A stretch of DNA of 64,000 bases from NCBI GenBank assembly GCA_964016885.1, contig CAXHJY010001232.1, forward strand, positions 62,001 through 126,000, read 5' to 3'. The notes below the pieces were generated by a model that saw nothing but the letters and a program-made list of their open reading frames with translations, was not told the DNA's origin and made no database searches. Source of the DNA: Eledone cirrhosa (Eukaryota). The position numbers and the translations under genes are program-made. Shown in pieces: positions 12,541 through 25,878 of the stretch (position 1 is its first letter; every line of letters begins with the position of its first letter).

Positions 12541-13498
12541 ACTAGACATGAAAAATGCGCAAGCTCAAAAGTGCCACAGAATGTTATAATAAACCTTCAA
12601 AAGTGTGGGACTAGAGTTGTTGCTAAAAAATATTGTAATCATTATATATCGTACATTCTGTGGCATCCTTTATAAAAAATAGCTTAAACCAACGGAGCCT
12701 TTATTTTTACGCTATTTCACTTAGTTAATTCTTAGAGTGTAACATATAAAAATATGATTTACAACTATAAAATAAATTAATTAATATAATAACAGAGCTG
12801 CGGAGCTGAAATTTAGGAAATAATGGAGTATCGGATCCTGAGTTGGAGCCAGTCAATTTTTGGCCGACTCCACAGCCCTGTATAATACATTTCATATTAA
12901 AGTTATTAATAAACCTATTTTACACTGCATGCAAATTACCACGAGATATTGATATTAGATATAAGATACAGCGCAATACCTACAGCTGTAAAAGTACGAA
13001 AGCGAAGTAATAATAAGTGGCTTAAGGTAATTCCAATATGAAAGTTTGTAGTGATAAAAATTTGATAATGCAATACGATTGTTAATATTATAGTTCTATG
13101 AAAATGTAACAATAGATAACTAAATTATTTTACTATTAGTATATTTAAGAAATTATCATTATAGATTTGATCGTTCATATAAGCATCATATTAATTTTCA
13201 ACACAATTATTTTGTTACTATGAGTATATGATAATAATATTACGTAATTATTTATAGCTGTTATTACATTAAACATAGATGTATTTATTTTTATATGTTA
13301 CACTCTAAGAATTAACTAAGTGAAATAGCGTAAAAATAAAGGCTTCGTTGGTTTAAGCTATTTTTATAAAGGATGCCACAGAATGTACGATATATAATGA
13401 TTACAATATTTTTTAGCAACAACTCTAGTCCCACACTTTTGAAGGTTTATTATAACATTCTGTGGCACTTTTGAGCTTGCGCATTTTTCATGTCTAGT
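12541..13498. mobile_element. Fold-back/MITE-like element with ~215 bp terminal inverted repeats (12541-12754 / 13287-13498)
   Basis: ACTAGACATGAAAAATGCGCAAG... matches the reverse complement ...CTTGCGCATTTTTCATGTCTAGT. AT-rich non-coding spacer. No clear TSD. Confidence 0.7.
12793..12880. mobile_element. 88 bp hAT-type MITE nested in the fold-back spacer
   Basis: TIRs CAGAGCTGCGGAG / CTCCACAGCCCTG. 8 bp flanks TATAATAA / TATAATAC (7/8 match). Confidence 0.65.
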
Positions 13499-14074
13499 TT
13501 AATATTTTTTAAGGCAACGCTTGTAATAACTCTAGTTAAACAGGATATATATTAATAATAAATTATCGTTGTAATGTAATTAGATTATGTAATTGTTATT
13601 ATAAATTATCTTATAAATATTAGTGAAAGATGTATAAAAATATTTTCAGACTTTTAATATAAACAACTACAAAAAACAATCAATATTAAATCAATATATT
13701 ATACATAATAGAAAACATAAAATATACAATACAAAAACAAAATATTTACATACAATTGCAATTATCAGTGTATATACATTTTCTTTATATTCCCTGAGCA
13801 AATTAATAAGATTTGTTTTTATTGTACATAATTTGATGACTTGTTGGAGTGTATTAAAAGATAGCAACAATTTGTGATTAAATTGTTATCTTAAGCAACT
13901 CACTTTTTAATAGTTGTTGGCTGAGCGAAATTGTAAAAGCCTATGAGCAAATATAAAAAAAAATACACAAACAACATTTCCTTGTGTTATTACAACATTA
14001 GATAAAATAATTGAGCAATGTCGTTATATTTTGCTCTTATTGCACATTAATAGTGTTTCTATTTTTCGGCACAA

Positions 14075-14220
14075 ATCCATTACGGCAGTCCATTACTGGT
14101 ACTTTATTTTATCGAATTAGTAAGTATGAAAGTCGAAGTTAACCTCGGCAGGATTTGAACTTAGAATGCAAAGGACCATAACAATACTGCAAAGCATGGT
14201 GTCTGACGCTCTACCAATAC
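14075..14220 (-). mobile_element. tRNA-derived SINE fragment (same family as 51187-51372)
   Basis: Reverse complement of the GTTCAAATCC..GAGGTTAACTT...CGATAAAATAAAGTACCAG core. Confidence 0.7.
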
Positions 14221-14687
14221 TTGTGTTGAGCTGGTCATTAATTTATGGTGGTCGTGCGTGGAGTAGAGCAATCGCTAGTTGAAATATTATGAACAAAACA
14301 TTTTTATTTGCCGAAGAACATATTTTCAATACTGTTTGTGAATGTGACGAAGGAAATACATTCTGATATGGAACAGTGTACAAAGTGTGTCTGTGAATAA
14401 CATAATGTTACCTCATGTTGTTGTCAAGACATAATGGATTTCGTATATCCAGTTAGAAGATGAAACCTAGCCATCTCGGATTAGTTATATTTCATGCCAT
14501 GTGTAAACGTGTTTGAGGATAGCAAAATATGCGTGTTTCTTGTCTGGAAACTTTCTGCTAAACTGATTGGTTTCGTTTTTGGCACTATACAATACTCATC
14601 CAACAGATAGCTGTATTGGATCCTTGATTGGTTAATATTTAGGTGAGGGTGCTTGATGCAGAGTTAGTGCAAAATGGATCAATAAGT

Positions 14688-15340
14688 GTAATAATAATAA
14701 TGATAATAATAATGAAAATATTGTGTACAATGCTGAGGTGCACTACAACTCATCAAAATTGCATATATAATACATAGGGTAATATAAAAACGTCAGGAAA
14801 AAAGAACAGTGCATGAGTCATGATATACACATATGTGCATGTGTATGGAAGGGGGACATCAGGTGTAGTTTTGGTGTATTTCGGAATGTATGATGGTTTT
14901 AAAGGATGCAGTGTGTCATCAGCTAACAACTGATGCAGGAAGTTTGTTCCATCCTTCAGCAACTCTGAGCATGAAGAAATATTTCCTAAAGTCATGGGAG
15001 CTGTGTTGTTTTCTGACTTTGTAGGCATGTCCACGTGTTAGACACATGGAGATCAAAAAGGTGTTCGGAGTTGTTGGTCGGATGGTTAATAACTTTGTGG
15101 GTGTTTACCAAGTCCATTGCCAGAGGGAAGCAAAATATTCAGGGTATGGTAGGTGTCTGATGGAGGGTATGCGCTTGGTTGCATGTCTCTGAACAGTTTC
15201 CAGGAGGTCAATGTTCTGAGCAAGATAGGGGTTCCAGACTGATGACGCGAACTCCAAGTGTATTCGTACCATAGATGTATACAGCTTTAAATAGATGGCT
15301 GGAGAGCAGCTAATGAAGGTCTTGCTGATTGATGCCAAGT
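14688..15340 (-). mobile_element. CR1/L2-group LINE 3' fragment
   Basis: ORF 15105-15338 reads KLYTSMVRIHLEFASSVWNPY..IDLLETVQRHATK, the typical CR1-group post-RT motif. (TTA)n tail on the minus strand at ~14690-14712. Confidence 0.7.
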
Positions 15341-15550
15341 CAATCTTAATAAATTGACTGATTTATCTGTTCACTACTGCTAATCCACCGCTGTTTGTAC
15401 AATTTTTTAGATAATGTCAATTTGAGCTTGAATCATTGGCGTAATGAAATTTGAAAAGATTATAAGCAAATCTTTTTTAAAATACACAGACAACATTTAA
15501 CTGTATCGTTGCAACATTAGATCTAATAATGGAGCAACATTTGTGCAGAA

Positions 15551-16015
15551 TTATTGTTTGTGCAATAAGATATTTGCAGATCTGTACTTGGTCTGCTCTT
15601 TAGCCAACTCGGTACGTTTAGAAGCTCTACGCTCGGCTTGCTTTTGAGATATAATAGCTGAATTTGCAGATCTATACTTGGCCTGCTTGTTTGCCAACTC
15701 ATACCGTTTTGAACATCTATACTTGGCCTGTTTTTGTGTTAATTTAGCAAAATTCACAGCTCTATAATCGGCCTGTTTTTGTCTCAACTTCTCCCGATTC
15801 CGCATCCGGTAAGCTGCTTTCACATCCAATTTAATACGCCCATCTAGATTATTAGTACAGGAATGTGAACAAGCTTGTGGGACCGCATCATTGTAAGTAT
15901 ATGAACTGCCTGCAACATCAAGACCCAATTCACAAGTGCAGCGTTGCTCATTCACATCGGCAGTGGGGACACCAAAATCAGTGACAGGTCTCGATTCACT
16001 CGCGAGATACATCAC
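15551..16015 (-). other. ORF with tandem basic ~15-aa repeats (KQAKYR.AN...), probably a transposon fragment (Helitron N-terminal-like)
   Basis: Repeated KQADYRA / KQAKYRC / KQAKYRS / EQTKYRS units. No catalytic motif seen. Confidence 0.35.
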
Positions 16016-16043
16016 AGCTACACTATATATTTAAACATATATA

Positions 16044-16105
16044 CAGTGATACATCGCTACTTGGCGGTTCAACTATCGCGGATTCACGATTTCGCGCATT
16101 TTTAG
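16044..16105 (+). mobile_element. Tc1/mariner-pogo (Tigger-like) terminal sequence, solo
   Basis: TA|CAGTGATACATCGCTACTTGGCGGTTCA..TCGCGGATTCACGATTTCGCG resembles pogo/Tigger MITE ends. Partner TIR not found. Confidence 0.45.
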
Positions 16106-16292
16106 AATATATATATGAACACCTAAAATTTTTCATTAAATCCATTAAAATATTAATAATAAACACAGTTCTAATCATACGCTATATATATATATATATA
16201 AATATAAGTAATTAATACCGTATAAATGGTACAAAGACTGTTTATGTAAAATGTATTTCTCAACAGAGTATTGAATACTTAGGAGAAATTCA

Positions 16293-16502
16293 AAACGAAG
16301 AGTGATAAAATTTCAAGCAAAGAGTTTAATTAGGTAATGACTTACAAATTTGTTTCAGTATATAGACAAAGCCTGAAGCGCTAATTATAATAATTAGTTA
16401 ATAATATTACAAAATATATTAATATTATATTAAATATATACTGAAACAAATTTGTAAGTCATTACCTAATTAAACTCTTGGCTTGAAATTTTATCATTCT
16501 TC

Positions 16503-16507
<5 letters not shown>
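16293..16507. repeat. Inverted repeat (~80 bp arms) abutting (TA)n
   Basis: AAACGAAGAGTGATAAAATTTCAAGC...TTTGTTTCAGTATATA matches the reverse complement of 16435-16507. Confidence 0.85.
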
Positions 16508-16583
<76 letters not shown>

Positions 16584-17619
16584 TTTATCTAGTCCTTCGC
16601 TCAAGATTAATCTATAAGTTTAGATGTCTGCCTTCGTTTAAGTAAATATTACAGTAAGATTTTTAATATAAACAACTACAAAAAACAATTAATATTAAAA
16701 CGAAAAAATTATCAATGATAAAAGAAGCGGATGCAACTTTTTTTTTTATAAAGTTATATTCCTGTTTCTTTAAAGAACATTTCATTTTTGTTCTATTGTA
16801 GGCGAAATAATGCAATGGTTTAATAGGGAAGATATAACTTACCAATTATGTCTCTAACCGTGTAACGCTTTTTAAGTAGATAACTACAATTGAAAATACT
16901 AAAGAAATGGAACCAACAATTCAATTTGAAAGTCGTCTACTTATAGTGACAGTGTATTACTGGTACTTTATTTTATCGACCCCGTAACGATGAAAGGCAA
17001 AAATGCAAATGCTTAAAATTTAAATTGCCTTAATTCTATCGTCTGCTGTTTCATTAAAGGGAGATTCTCGTCTGTATTTAATTCTATCGTCTACTGTTCC
17101 ACTAAACAGATATACCTCCACTATCGTCTCTATTTATACATTTTAACTTATAACTTATACACATTTGACTTGAAATATTTTATCTAGTCCCCCCCTCTCA
17201 ATATTATGATGATTTCTTTCGAATGAAACAGTTCTAGTCCTGTAGAAGCCATTTATATATATAATTGAACTGAGTTAAAAATTCACAATATTTATAATTA
17301 AATAAGCTCATATATATATGTGTGTATTTATCTGTTTATTGTATTATATATAATGTGTGTATATACAGGATGTCCCCCAAAAATATATACACACTTCAAC
17401 AGCATTCTAATAACTATTGCCTGTACAGGTAATCAAAGTGTCAATCGAATGTTAGTTTCGTGTTTTAACAGTACAAATTTACAATACACACATAAAACCA
17501 GTGTATATACATACATGAGTGTGTATACACATACATGAATGTGTATATACAATATATATGTATATATATATATATAGACACATATATTCACGGTGCAACG
17601 GAACATTAAAATATAGATG

Positions 17620-17975
17620 CGGGGGGGGGGGTATATATAGGGGCGCTGGGGATAAAGGAGTGTAAAGCGTGTGTAATTGATATATTGAAGGAGAGGAGCG
17701 TGCAGCGATAGAGTAACAAATATATAGAGAGGGGGAGAGATGGTATTGAAGGGGAGGAGTGCAAAGCGAAAGAGTAAGAGAGATATATATAGAGACGGAA
17801 CAGATAGAGAGAAACAGGCGTAAGTAACAGTGGAAGAGATATAGAGAGAGGGGGTAATAAATAAATGGAAATATAAGTGTAACAGTATAAGAGATATATA
17901 GAGAGGAGGAAATGTGTTATTGAAGGGGAGGAGTGTAAAGCGAAAGCGTAAGATATATATAGAGAGAGGGGAATA

Positions 17976-17976
<1 letters not shown>
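17620..17976 (+). repeat. Degenerate purine-rich tandem repeat (~55-65 bp period)
   Basis: Recurrent ATATATAGAGAGGG...TATTGAAGGGGAGGAGTGTAAAGCG units. Confidence 0.6.
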
Positions 17977-18027
<51 letters not shown>

Positions 18028-18451
18028 ACACTTACTCTGATTGGTTGAAAATTAGCCAATGACATACGATCACCACCACCACGGCTATCCCCGGAAAATT
18101 TATGAAGAAGTTAGGCATATATGTTAGAACACGAAAAGTGAACATTCTGTTGTTTCACACTTTTCGTGTTCTAACAGATAAGGAGATAACCAGCAATTTC
18201 TCTGTCTGTCTGTCCGACAGTGGAAACACGTGTGCGCGTGGTTGCTATCTCTCTCTCTCTCCAGCTATCCCTCTCTTTTAGTTTGTCTGTTTCTCTCACT
18301 CTCACTCTTTCTCTTTGTAACACACTAACATTCCTCCCCTCTATCGCTGTGACGAATGGGGAGATGGAGGAGGAGGAGGAGAGTGTCACTTCGTCACTTC
18401 ACCTCTGCCTTTCTTTCTCTCCTCTCTCACTCCCTCATTACGTACAGACAT

Positions 18452-18538
18452 TAGGGCGGCGGATTGGCAGAATCTGTAGAGAGTCGGACACCATGCTTCA
18501 TAGCATGGAGTTACGTCCCTTTACGGTCTGAGTTCAAA
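18452..18538 (+). mobile_element. SINE 5' (tRNA-like head), truncated by a Helitron
   Basis: GGCGGCGGATTGGCAGAATC...CTGAGTTCAAA matches 51187-51268. Confidence 0.75.
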
Positions 18539-18859
18539 TCTATATATCTAAAACAGAGAATGTCTGTCTGTCTGTCTGACTCCCCATAATTCGAGAACCA
18601 CCCAACCGAGATTTTTCAAACTTTACACATGTAATACTTATGGCCGTGTGAGTGTTTTGAGCAAGAAATATTTCAAATTTTTAATGCCCTAGGGACCGCA
18701 TTAGGTGCCGGTTAGCGATCTCTCTGTCTTTCTTAGTCTGTCTTTTTAGATAGATAATAGCTGTAACGTTGTGCCCTTATAATATCTGTCTGTATGTCTG
18801 GCTGTCTGCATTACGACATAATGACACTATCTGTGTATGTGTGTATATATGTATATATA

Positions 18860-18929
<70 letters not shown>

Positions 18930-19625
18930 TGTAACGTTTTTCGAAATATTTACGTCTGCGTTCACAGATTGATTTTTTTTGTTTCAGAAGATCCCGTTAA
19001 GAGTGAAAGCAGCGATTCTTTGCTTAAATTTTAATCTAACATTGTGTATAAGGAGGTGCTACAATCATTTTTTAGGTAGACGAGGCAGAAAGGGATATAC
19101 AAGGACGAGACTGTTAGTAGTGCGACCAACAGCAGCAAAATCAACAACAAAAAACAGAGGGAACGTAATTACGTGCTTTTGAAAAATCGTAATGGAAAAT
19201 TATTTGCCTATTCACCCCAAACAACTTCAATTTTTATTAGGATTTCTGCATCAATTGGTGAACATACAACGAAACATTGAAAGGAGTAAGACCACACCAT
19301 TCTCCTCCACTGCAGTCCCACATGCTTACTGCTCTGTAACTATTGCTTTCATTGTACCATAGCACAACAAATACATCTTCGGTTTGTCGAATGCCTTTTT
19401 ACTTAATCCTATCGTCTTGGCTTTCGTGGGTTAAACATTTTACTCTCAGGCACCCATTTAAGTTAAACCCCTGGTAATCTACGACGAATTTTTTTTATAA
19501 GCACAAAATATAGACACCATCCCCAGGCCGAGGTATTCCGTACTTCTCTGTACTGTTTCAGAAAGGAGGGATAAACACACCAATCTATGTTTAGAATCCC
19601 GAGCAACGCTGGGCCATTCTGCTAG
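18539..19625 (+). mobile_element. Non-autonomous Helitron unit 1
   Basis: Starts A|TCTATATAT..(TCTG)n. Ends with the CCCGAGCAACGCTGGG hairpin followed by CTAG. Confidence 0.85.
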
Positions 19626-20275
19626 TCTATATATCTAAAACAGAGAATGTCTGTCTGTCTGTCTGTCAGCTCCCTAAAACTCGAGAACTACACAACCGAT
19701 TGTTTTCAAATTTTAGACATGTAATACTTATGGTCCTGTGAGTGTTTTGAGAAAAAGAAATTTCATATTTTCAATGCCCTAGGGACCGCATTAGGCGATT
19801 CAGCGATCTCTCTCTATAATCCTTAGTCTTTCTTTTTATATAGATACATAGATATAACGTTGCGCTCTTATAATATATGTCTGTATGTCTGGCTGTCTAA
19901 ATTACGACATTATGACGCTGTGTGTGTCTGTGTGTGTATATATGTGTATATTTATATATATAGTGTGTGTGTGTGTGTATATATATATAGTGTGTAACCT
20001 TTTTCGAAATATTTACTTCTGCGTTCACAGATTGATTTTTTTTAGTTTCAGAAGATCCCGTTAAGGGTGAAAGCAGCGATTCTTTGCTTAAACTTTAATC
20101 GGCTATTTTAATATATATATATATAATTATATATTCGTGTACAGATATTTTTGCATACACAATAAGAAAATATAAACAAACATATTTATTTCATGAGGCT
20201 CGATAAGGATAAATATATATCAAATATATAAGAACCCTAGAGTAAATCCCGAGCAACGCCGGGTCATTCTGCTAG
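19626..20275 (+). mobile_element. Non-autonomous Helitron unit 2 (head-to-tail with unit 1)
   Basis: Same 5' TC end and ~470 bp of shared body. Ends CCCGAGCAACGCCGGG..CTAG|T. Confidence 0.85.
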
Positions 20276-20276
20276 T

Positions 20277-20380
20277 TAATGTTAAAGTTATATGATTTTT
20301 ATGTAAAACCCTCGCCGTCACGTCTTGTAATGTCCAATTTTTGTGGCAAATAAAGAAAGATATCTATCTATATCTATCTC
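20277..20380 (+). mobile_element. Tx1 3' terminal remnant with (TATC)n
   Basis: ATGTAAAACC...TGTGGCAAATAAAGAAAGATATCTATC resembles the 3' ends at 8020-8100 and 26060-26145. Confidence 0.75.
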
Positions 20381-20744
20381 TCTTTCTGTCTGACGCGTGG
20401 AACATCGTCGGTAAGCTTTTTTGTTAATTTCTATACCAAAAACCGAACTAATTGTTTGAAAAAACATAACATTTTGTAGATTAACCCCCAAGCTGAATTG
20501 TCAGATGGGTGGTAATCCCATTTTTCGCCCCTGTAGGGGCAAACATTTTATTTTAAAAATTTGTTTTAAAATATCAGATTTTATAAACTAAATAACTTGA
20601 GCAACACAAGAACGCTGGAGAACGTTAATAGAGAAAAGAAAGAGGCACATATTAACGTTATATCTGCTTCTGCTACTATGGACGTCGCCATAGATACGAC
20701 TGTCAACAAAGAAAAAAAAAGTATTACCACTTGAAGATTTTAAA

Positions 20745-22431
20745 ATGTCTACCGTCGAAGCGGAGAAAAATAACAATAACACACAGGAAAACACAGGAAT
20801 TAAACCCATTAACATACATACACATGAAAAAGACATCAACAACTCTACAGATACATCTACACATAATGTTTTACCTCGACAAGGAACTGAGATTTCCAAC
20901 ACCGAGGCTAACAATGATAACAACAACAACAACAACAGCAACACCACACAAAAAAAGAAAATGTCTTTAGCTGAAACAGTGAACAAAAAACAAGATTTTA
21001 TAAATCTTGATATCTCCAACGCAAGAGATATGCTCCAGCAAGAGAGAAAATTTGTAACTTTCGAAGAAAGAGGTGGGTTTAGAATTAACTCACCCCTTGA
21101 AATAAAGGAAGACACAATTCGCAGATCAGTCACCTTTAGGACAGTGTCAAATTCCACAAGAAAGCCGACATTTGTTAACCAAGCAGATATAGAAGATACT
21201 TTCAAGGAAATTCTAGCAAATGTCGATTTTCTCCAGCGAGGAAAACAGTATGGAAGTGTTTCCGTACTGTTTAAAAGCGAGGCACTCGCACAAAAACACT
21301 CTGTGACACCAATGGTGTCAAAAGCATACACCTTTTTCCCTACATACATGGGAAAAAGGACACAAAAAATAAAAATAAAACATTAACATCTGGTGGATCT
21401 TGGCTGGCTTCGTGAAAATCTATTCGACAAAGGTGGGCGGGTACAGATTTGGAGATTCTGTTGTAAATGAAACCGGAGAGAATCTCCAAAATACCCGAAA
21501 GAGTCGTTATCGATAATAACAACAAAATAAACATTTCGGTAGAAGGACGAACATTTCATTGCTTTCGCTGTGGTAGCACAGCACACATAAAAGCCTCATG
21601 TCCACAAACACACAACAACATCATTAAAAAAACATGATTACCAACACCAACACCAAAACAACCACCACCACCACAAGTACAACGACAGACGAAACGAGCA
21701 ACCACACCAAAACAAACAGACACTCAACCAACAACAACAGCAAAAAACAGAGACAACACCCCTGAAGAACAGAGCCCCACTCCATCCCATTCCATCAAAC
21801 ACTACCACAAACACACACACCAAAACACCACCACCACACAACATACCCTTACCCCACACACCTGACGATGATTATTCATCGACGGATGAAGCTGCTTCTC
21901 CTTCTTTAAGAGAAGAAGAGGGAGAACCACGGAAATCTAAAAAACAAAAAAAGAGACACCACAAAACCCCCAAAACACCAATCACCAACAACAACACAAA
22001 CAACACCACAATCAAACATCCTCCTATCAGCAAAACCAGCACCAACACCACCCCAAACACAAGCACCCACCATAAAAAGAAAACTCCCGGACGAACAACA
22101 AACTAAAACAACACAACAAAAACACAAACAACAATACGCATACATCAACACAAACAACAAGAGTTTGATGGAGGTCATCTCCCAAAACACCAAGGTGGAG
22201 ACGGAGGGCAAAACTTTCGTCAAGGCAGAATCGTCTCCACACCTTAAACTTATAAGGGTTTCTATGGAAACCTATAATGACCTAAAAAATAAATTTTCAC
22301 AGGACGTGGGCAACCCCTGCCACAAACCCATCAACCACGTCCTGTTAAAATATTTCCCCACCCCACCCAACACCCCGTCGAGCACCCAAATGGAGATTGA
22401 ACAACCCGATTTCCAGGAAACGAAAAGGTAA
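20745..22431 (+). pseudogene. Tx1 copy 3 ORF1
   Basis: Fragments 20745-21386 and 22165-22431, with the CCHC knuckle between them. Confidence 0.82.
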
Positions 22432-22461
22432 GTGCACCTTTCGTCCTTTTTCTTCACCAAC

Positions 22462-25400
22462 ATGGCTAGTTTCCGAGTTGGAACCTTGAATCTGCGTGGC
22501 CTAGGGATGCCCTGGAAACAGGGCCAACTTTTAAACGACCTTAGGTCACACAGTATGGATGTGATAGCCATCACCGAGTCCAGGATCCACAACAGGCAGC
22601 AATTAACCCCCATCTTCGACGACTTTGAGATCTACGCATCTCTCTGTCAGCCAGGAGGTGGAGGTGGAGTGGCTGTCATGTTTCGGAAGAACCTGGACGT
22701 CGGAGTAATGCAAGAACACTTGGACCCGGAGGGTAGACTGGTAGTCCTAGACGTGAACAGTATCGGAGGGGGAGCCTTCAGACTGGTGGCCGTTTATGCC
22801 CCGACCGGGCAATCGCAATCACGGCCAGACTTCTTTAAGCGTCTAGAGTCTTTTCTGGGAACGTCTCGCTTCTTACTTTTAGTGGGGGACTGGAATGGTA
22901 TCCTAGACGCACGATGGGACTATGTGGGAGCATGCCCCAGTAGAGCGGGGTGCAACAGCCTCAAAACTTTAATCGGCCAATTCCAACTGGCCGATAGGTA
23001 TCGACTGGATTTCCCGACTGCACCACAGTGGACGTGGGCAAACCGCAGTGGGACATCTAGATCGTATTTAGATAGGTTCTTCATTAGAGAAAAGGACAAG
23101 GAGATGTTAAGCTGTCCACGAATGCACATTCTTGCCTATTCAGATCACAAGTTAGTCGTCTGCTTAGTCAACCGTGATAGAATACATAGACAGGGTCCCG
23201 GATACTGGAAGCTGAACGTGTCGTTACCGGCACGTAAAGCTTACAGTGAACGGATAAGTAGACTGGTCAAGCAACAGTTAACAGGAGCCATCGTCAACAA
23301 TAGATGGTGGTACTCTCTCAAGAAAGCAATTAGAATAGAATTGATAGGGTATAGCAGAGAGTTAGCCTTAGAGAAAAACAGAATAGAAAGAGAACTAGTA
23401 GCCAAGGTAGAGGAGGCACTTAGAAGTGGCAACGCGGCTAGAGTGTTAGCGTCGAGAACGGCACTAGACCAGTTCTTCGATGTGAAACACGAAGGCTGCG
23501 TCGTCAGAAGCAAAACACGTGCTCTAGGAAACGAAGGAGCGAAAGCTGTCAGCTGGGCCCGAGTAGCAGAGGCAAAACGTGGCAACAAGTCCACGATTCG
23601 GTCTTTAAAAGACCAAAACGGACGCGTGCTACTTGACCCCAAGCAAATGTGCGCGGCCTTTCAGCGGCACTTTGCACGACTGTTTGAGCAGAACGACGGT
23701 GAGCCGAACGGGGCAATGGACTTTAGTTCATACTTCGACGGCCTGCCGCGGCTCTTGAACACGGACGCTGAGTTCTGCGAAAGACCGATCATGGACACTG
23801 AGATACAGGACGCTCTGGGCCGCTAAGGGAAACGCAAGTCACCCGGTCTAGATGGTCTACCCTATGAATTTTACATAGGCATGCCGGACTTGTTCTCTGG
23901 CGTCCTCGAAGCCGTCTACTGCAATTAGCAGCAGAACGGGAGAATTCCCAGTTCTGCAGGCAAGGGCATAGTAACGCTGATCAGGAAAGACGAGAACAAG
24001 GGGGACGAAATTAACAACTTCAGGCCCATAACTCTGCTCAACACAGAGTTAAAGATTTTGGCCAAGGTGCTAGCGACGCGGTTGGCGTTTGTCGTCGAGA
24101 ACCTGGTAGGGAAAGCGCAAACGTGTGCAATCCCGGCCAGGTCCATACACGACAACCTCCACCTCATGCGATACATCATAGAGAGGGTGGGTAGTAAACC
24201 CGGCTTCGGTGGGGCTCTGATCAACTTGGATCAGTCTAAGGCATTCGATAGGGTCGACCATCGATATTTGGAAGCGGTTCTCAAGGCGGCCGGTTTCGGT
24301 CCCGTGTTCAGAGGATGGATCGAGGTGATGCACACCAGCATCTGCTCGAGAGTCAAGGTGAACAGCTATCTATCGGAGCCGTTCGCAATCATGCGTTCCA
24401 TTCGACAGGGGTGCCCTCTCTCCTCCATTCTGTATGTATTGACTCTAGAGCCACTACTGCGGAAATTGGAGCTGTTGCAGGGCATCCCTCTAGAACCGTG
24501 ACTGCCAAAAGTGGCGTCGGCTTATGCCGACGACATGACGGTAATGGTGTCGAGCACCTCGGAAATTGGGGTGATCGGCAACTTACTGAAAGAATACGAA
24601 ACGCTGATGGGAGCAAAACTAAACCCGGACAAGTCTGTCGGTTTGCAACTCGGTACGTGGAGAGGCAAACCGATGACGTCCGACAGCGTCGTTGGACGCT
24701 GGACGGACAGACCGGTGAAATTGCTCGGGGTCTGGTTCGGTCCAGACCTCCAGGTGGAGAAAAACTGGAACGAGGTCACGGCCAAGGTGTTTGCACTCAC
24801 CCAGAAGTGGGCAGAGTGCAAACTGTCCTTGAAAGGTCGAGCGGAGGTGGCGAACACTTTCATAGCGTCCGTCATCTACTACCGCTTGACTGTCGTGCCT
24901 TGTCCCCGCGAACACCTCGCCAAGATGGAACGCATGCTCTTCCAGTTTCTGTGGAAGAAGCAGGCTCCGCTGGTGAGGAGATCCGTCTGCTGTCAGCACG
25001 CTTCCAACGGAGGGCTGGGAATGCCGTGGCTGATGATGCGTAAACATGCGCTGAGGCTGCGGCATCTCCAGGTATTCCTCACCGACCCCCAACCGGTGTG
25101 GGCACCGTTTGTGAGACAGGCTTTCCCACAGCTCGTCTCGCTGATGGAGCTGCAGTCCTGGGTGAAGAAAAGACCGAAAACGATGGGCGCCTGGCACATT
25201 GAATGCGCTCAGGCACTCACAGTCCTCTGGCAAGCGGGCGCAGCAATCAGTGGAGACTCCACTTCGACATTCTATAGAGGGATTGTACGTTACAATGGCG
25301 ACGACGTGCTCGGAGAGACTCTGGGCGTCGAAGACGATGAGCTCACCAGTCTATTTGGTAGGACTTTCCGCCCGGGACCTATGGACAACTTCCAGAGGTC

Positions 25401-25878
25401 CCTGGCCTGGCAGTGCTACCGAGGAGCTCTACCGGTTCGTGACAAGATCTACAGGCACGGACGCCCAGGCAGGGATCCTTCCAAGAGGACGTGTCGAAGA
25501 TGCGCACAGGACATTGAAACAGTCCTGCACGCAATTGTACACTGCCCGGGCGTAACTGACCTGTGGAACTATGCAGAACAACTGCTGTCGCGTATGGGAG
25601 AAATCCAGTTGACTGCCGAGTCCATAGTAAGGATCAAACCGCCAGCCTCTTTCAAAAACGAAAGAGAGGCGGTTTTCTTCTGTACGATGGCTATGGTGAA
25701 AGAAGTTATATGGTGGACGAGGTTGAGAGGACTGAGGACAGATACCTTTCTCTCCGGACAACAATTGATTCCCTTCTTTAAGTATCACTTTAGAAGGAGA
25801 ATCAGGGTGGAGAGAGAGGCACTGCACCCCAGTAAATTTACTGAAAGGTGGGTGATGAAGCGAAAATGGCCCGAGTGA
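22462..25878 (+). pseudogene. Tx1 copy 3 ORF2 (APE endonuclease, RT, CCHC)
   Basis: MASFRVGTLNLRGL, GDWN, SYLDRF, SDH, LDQSKAFDRV, YADD, CRRC...HAIVHC. Premature stops at 23824, 23926 and 24499. Confidence 0.92.
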
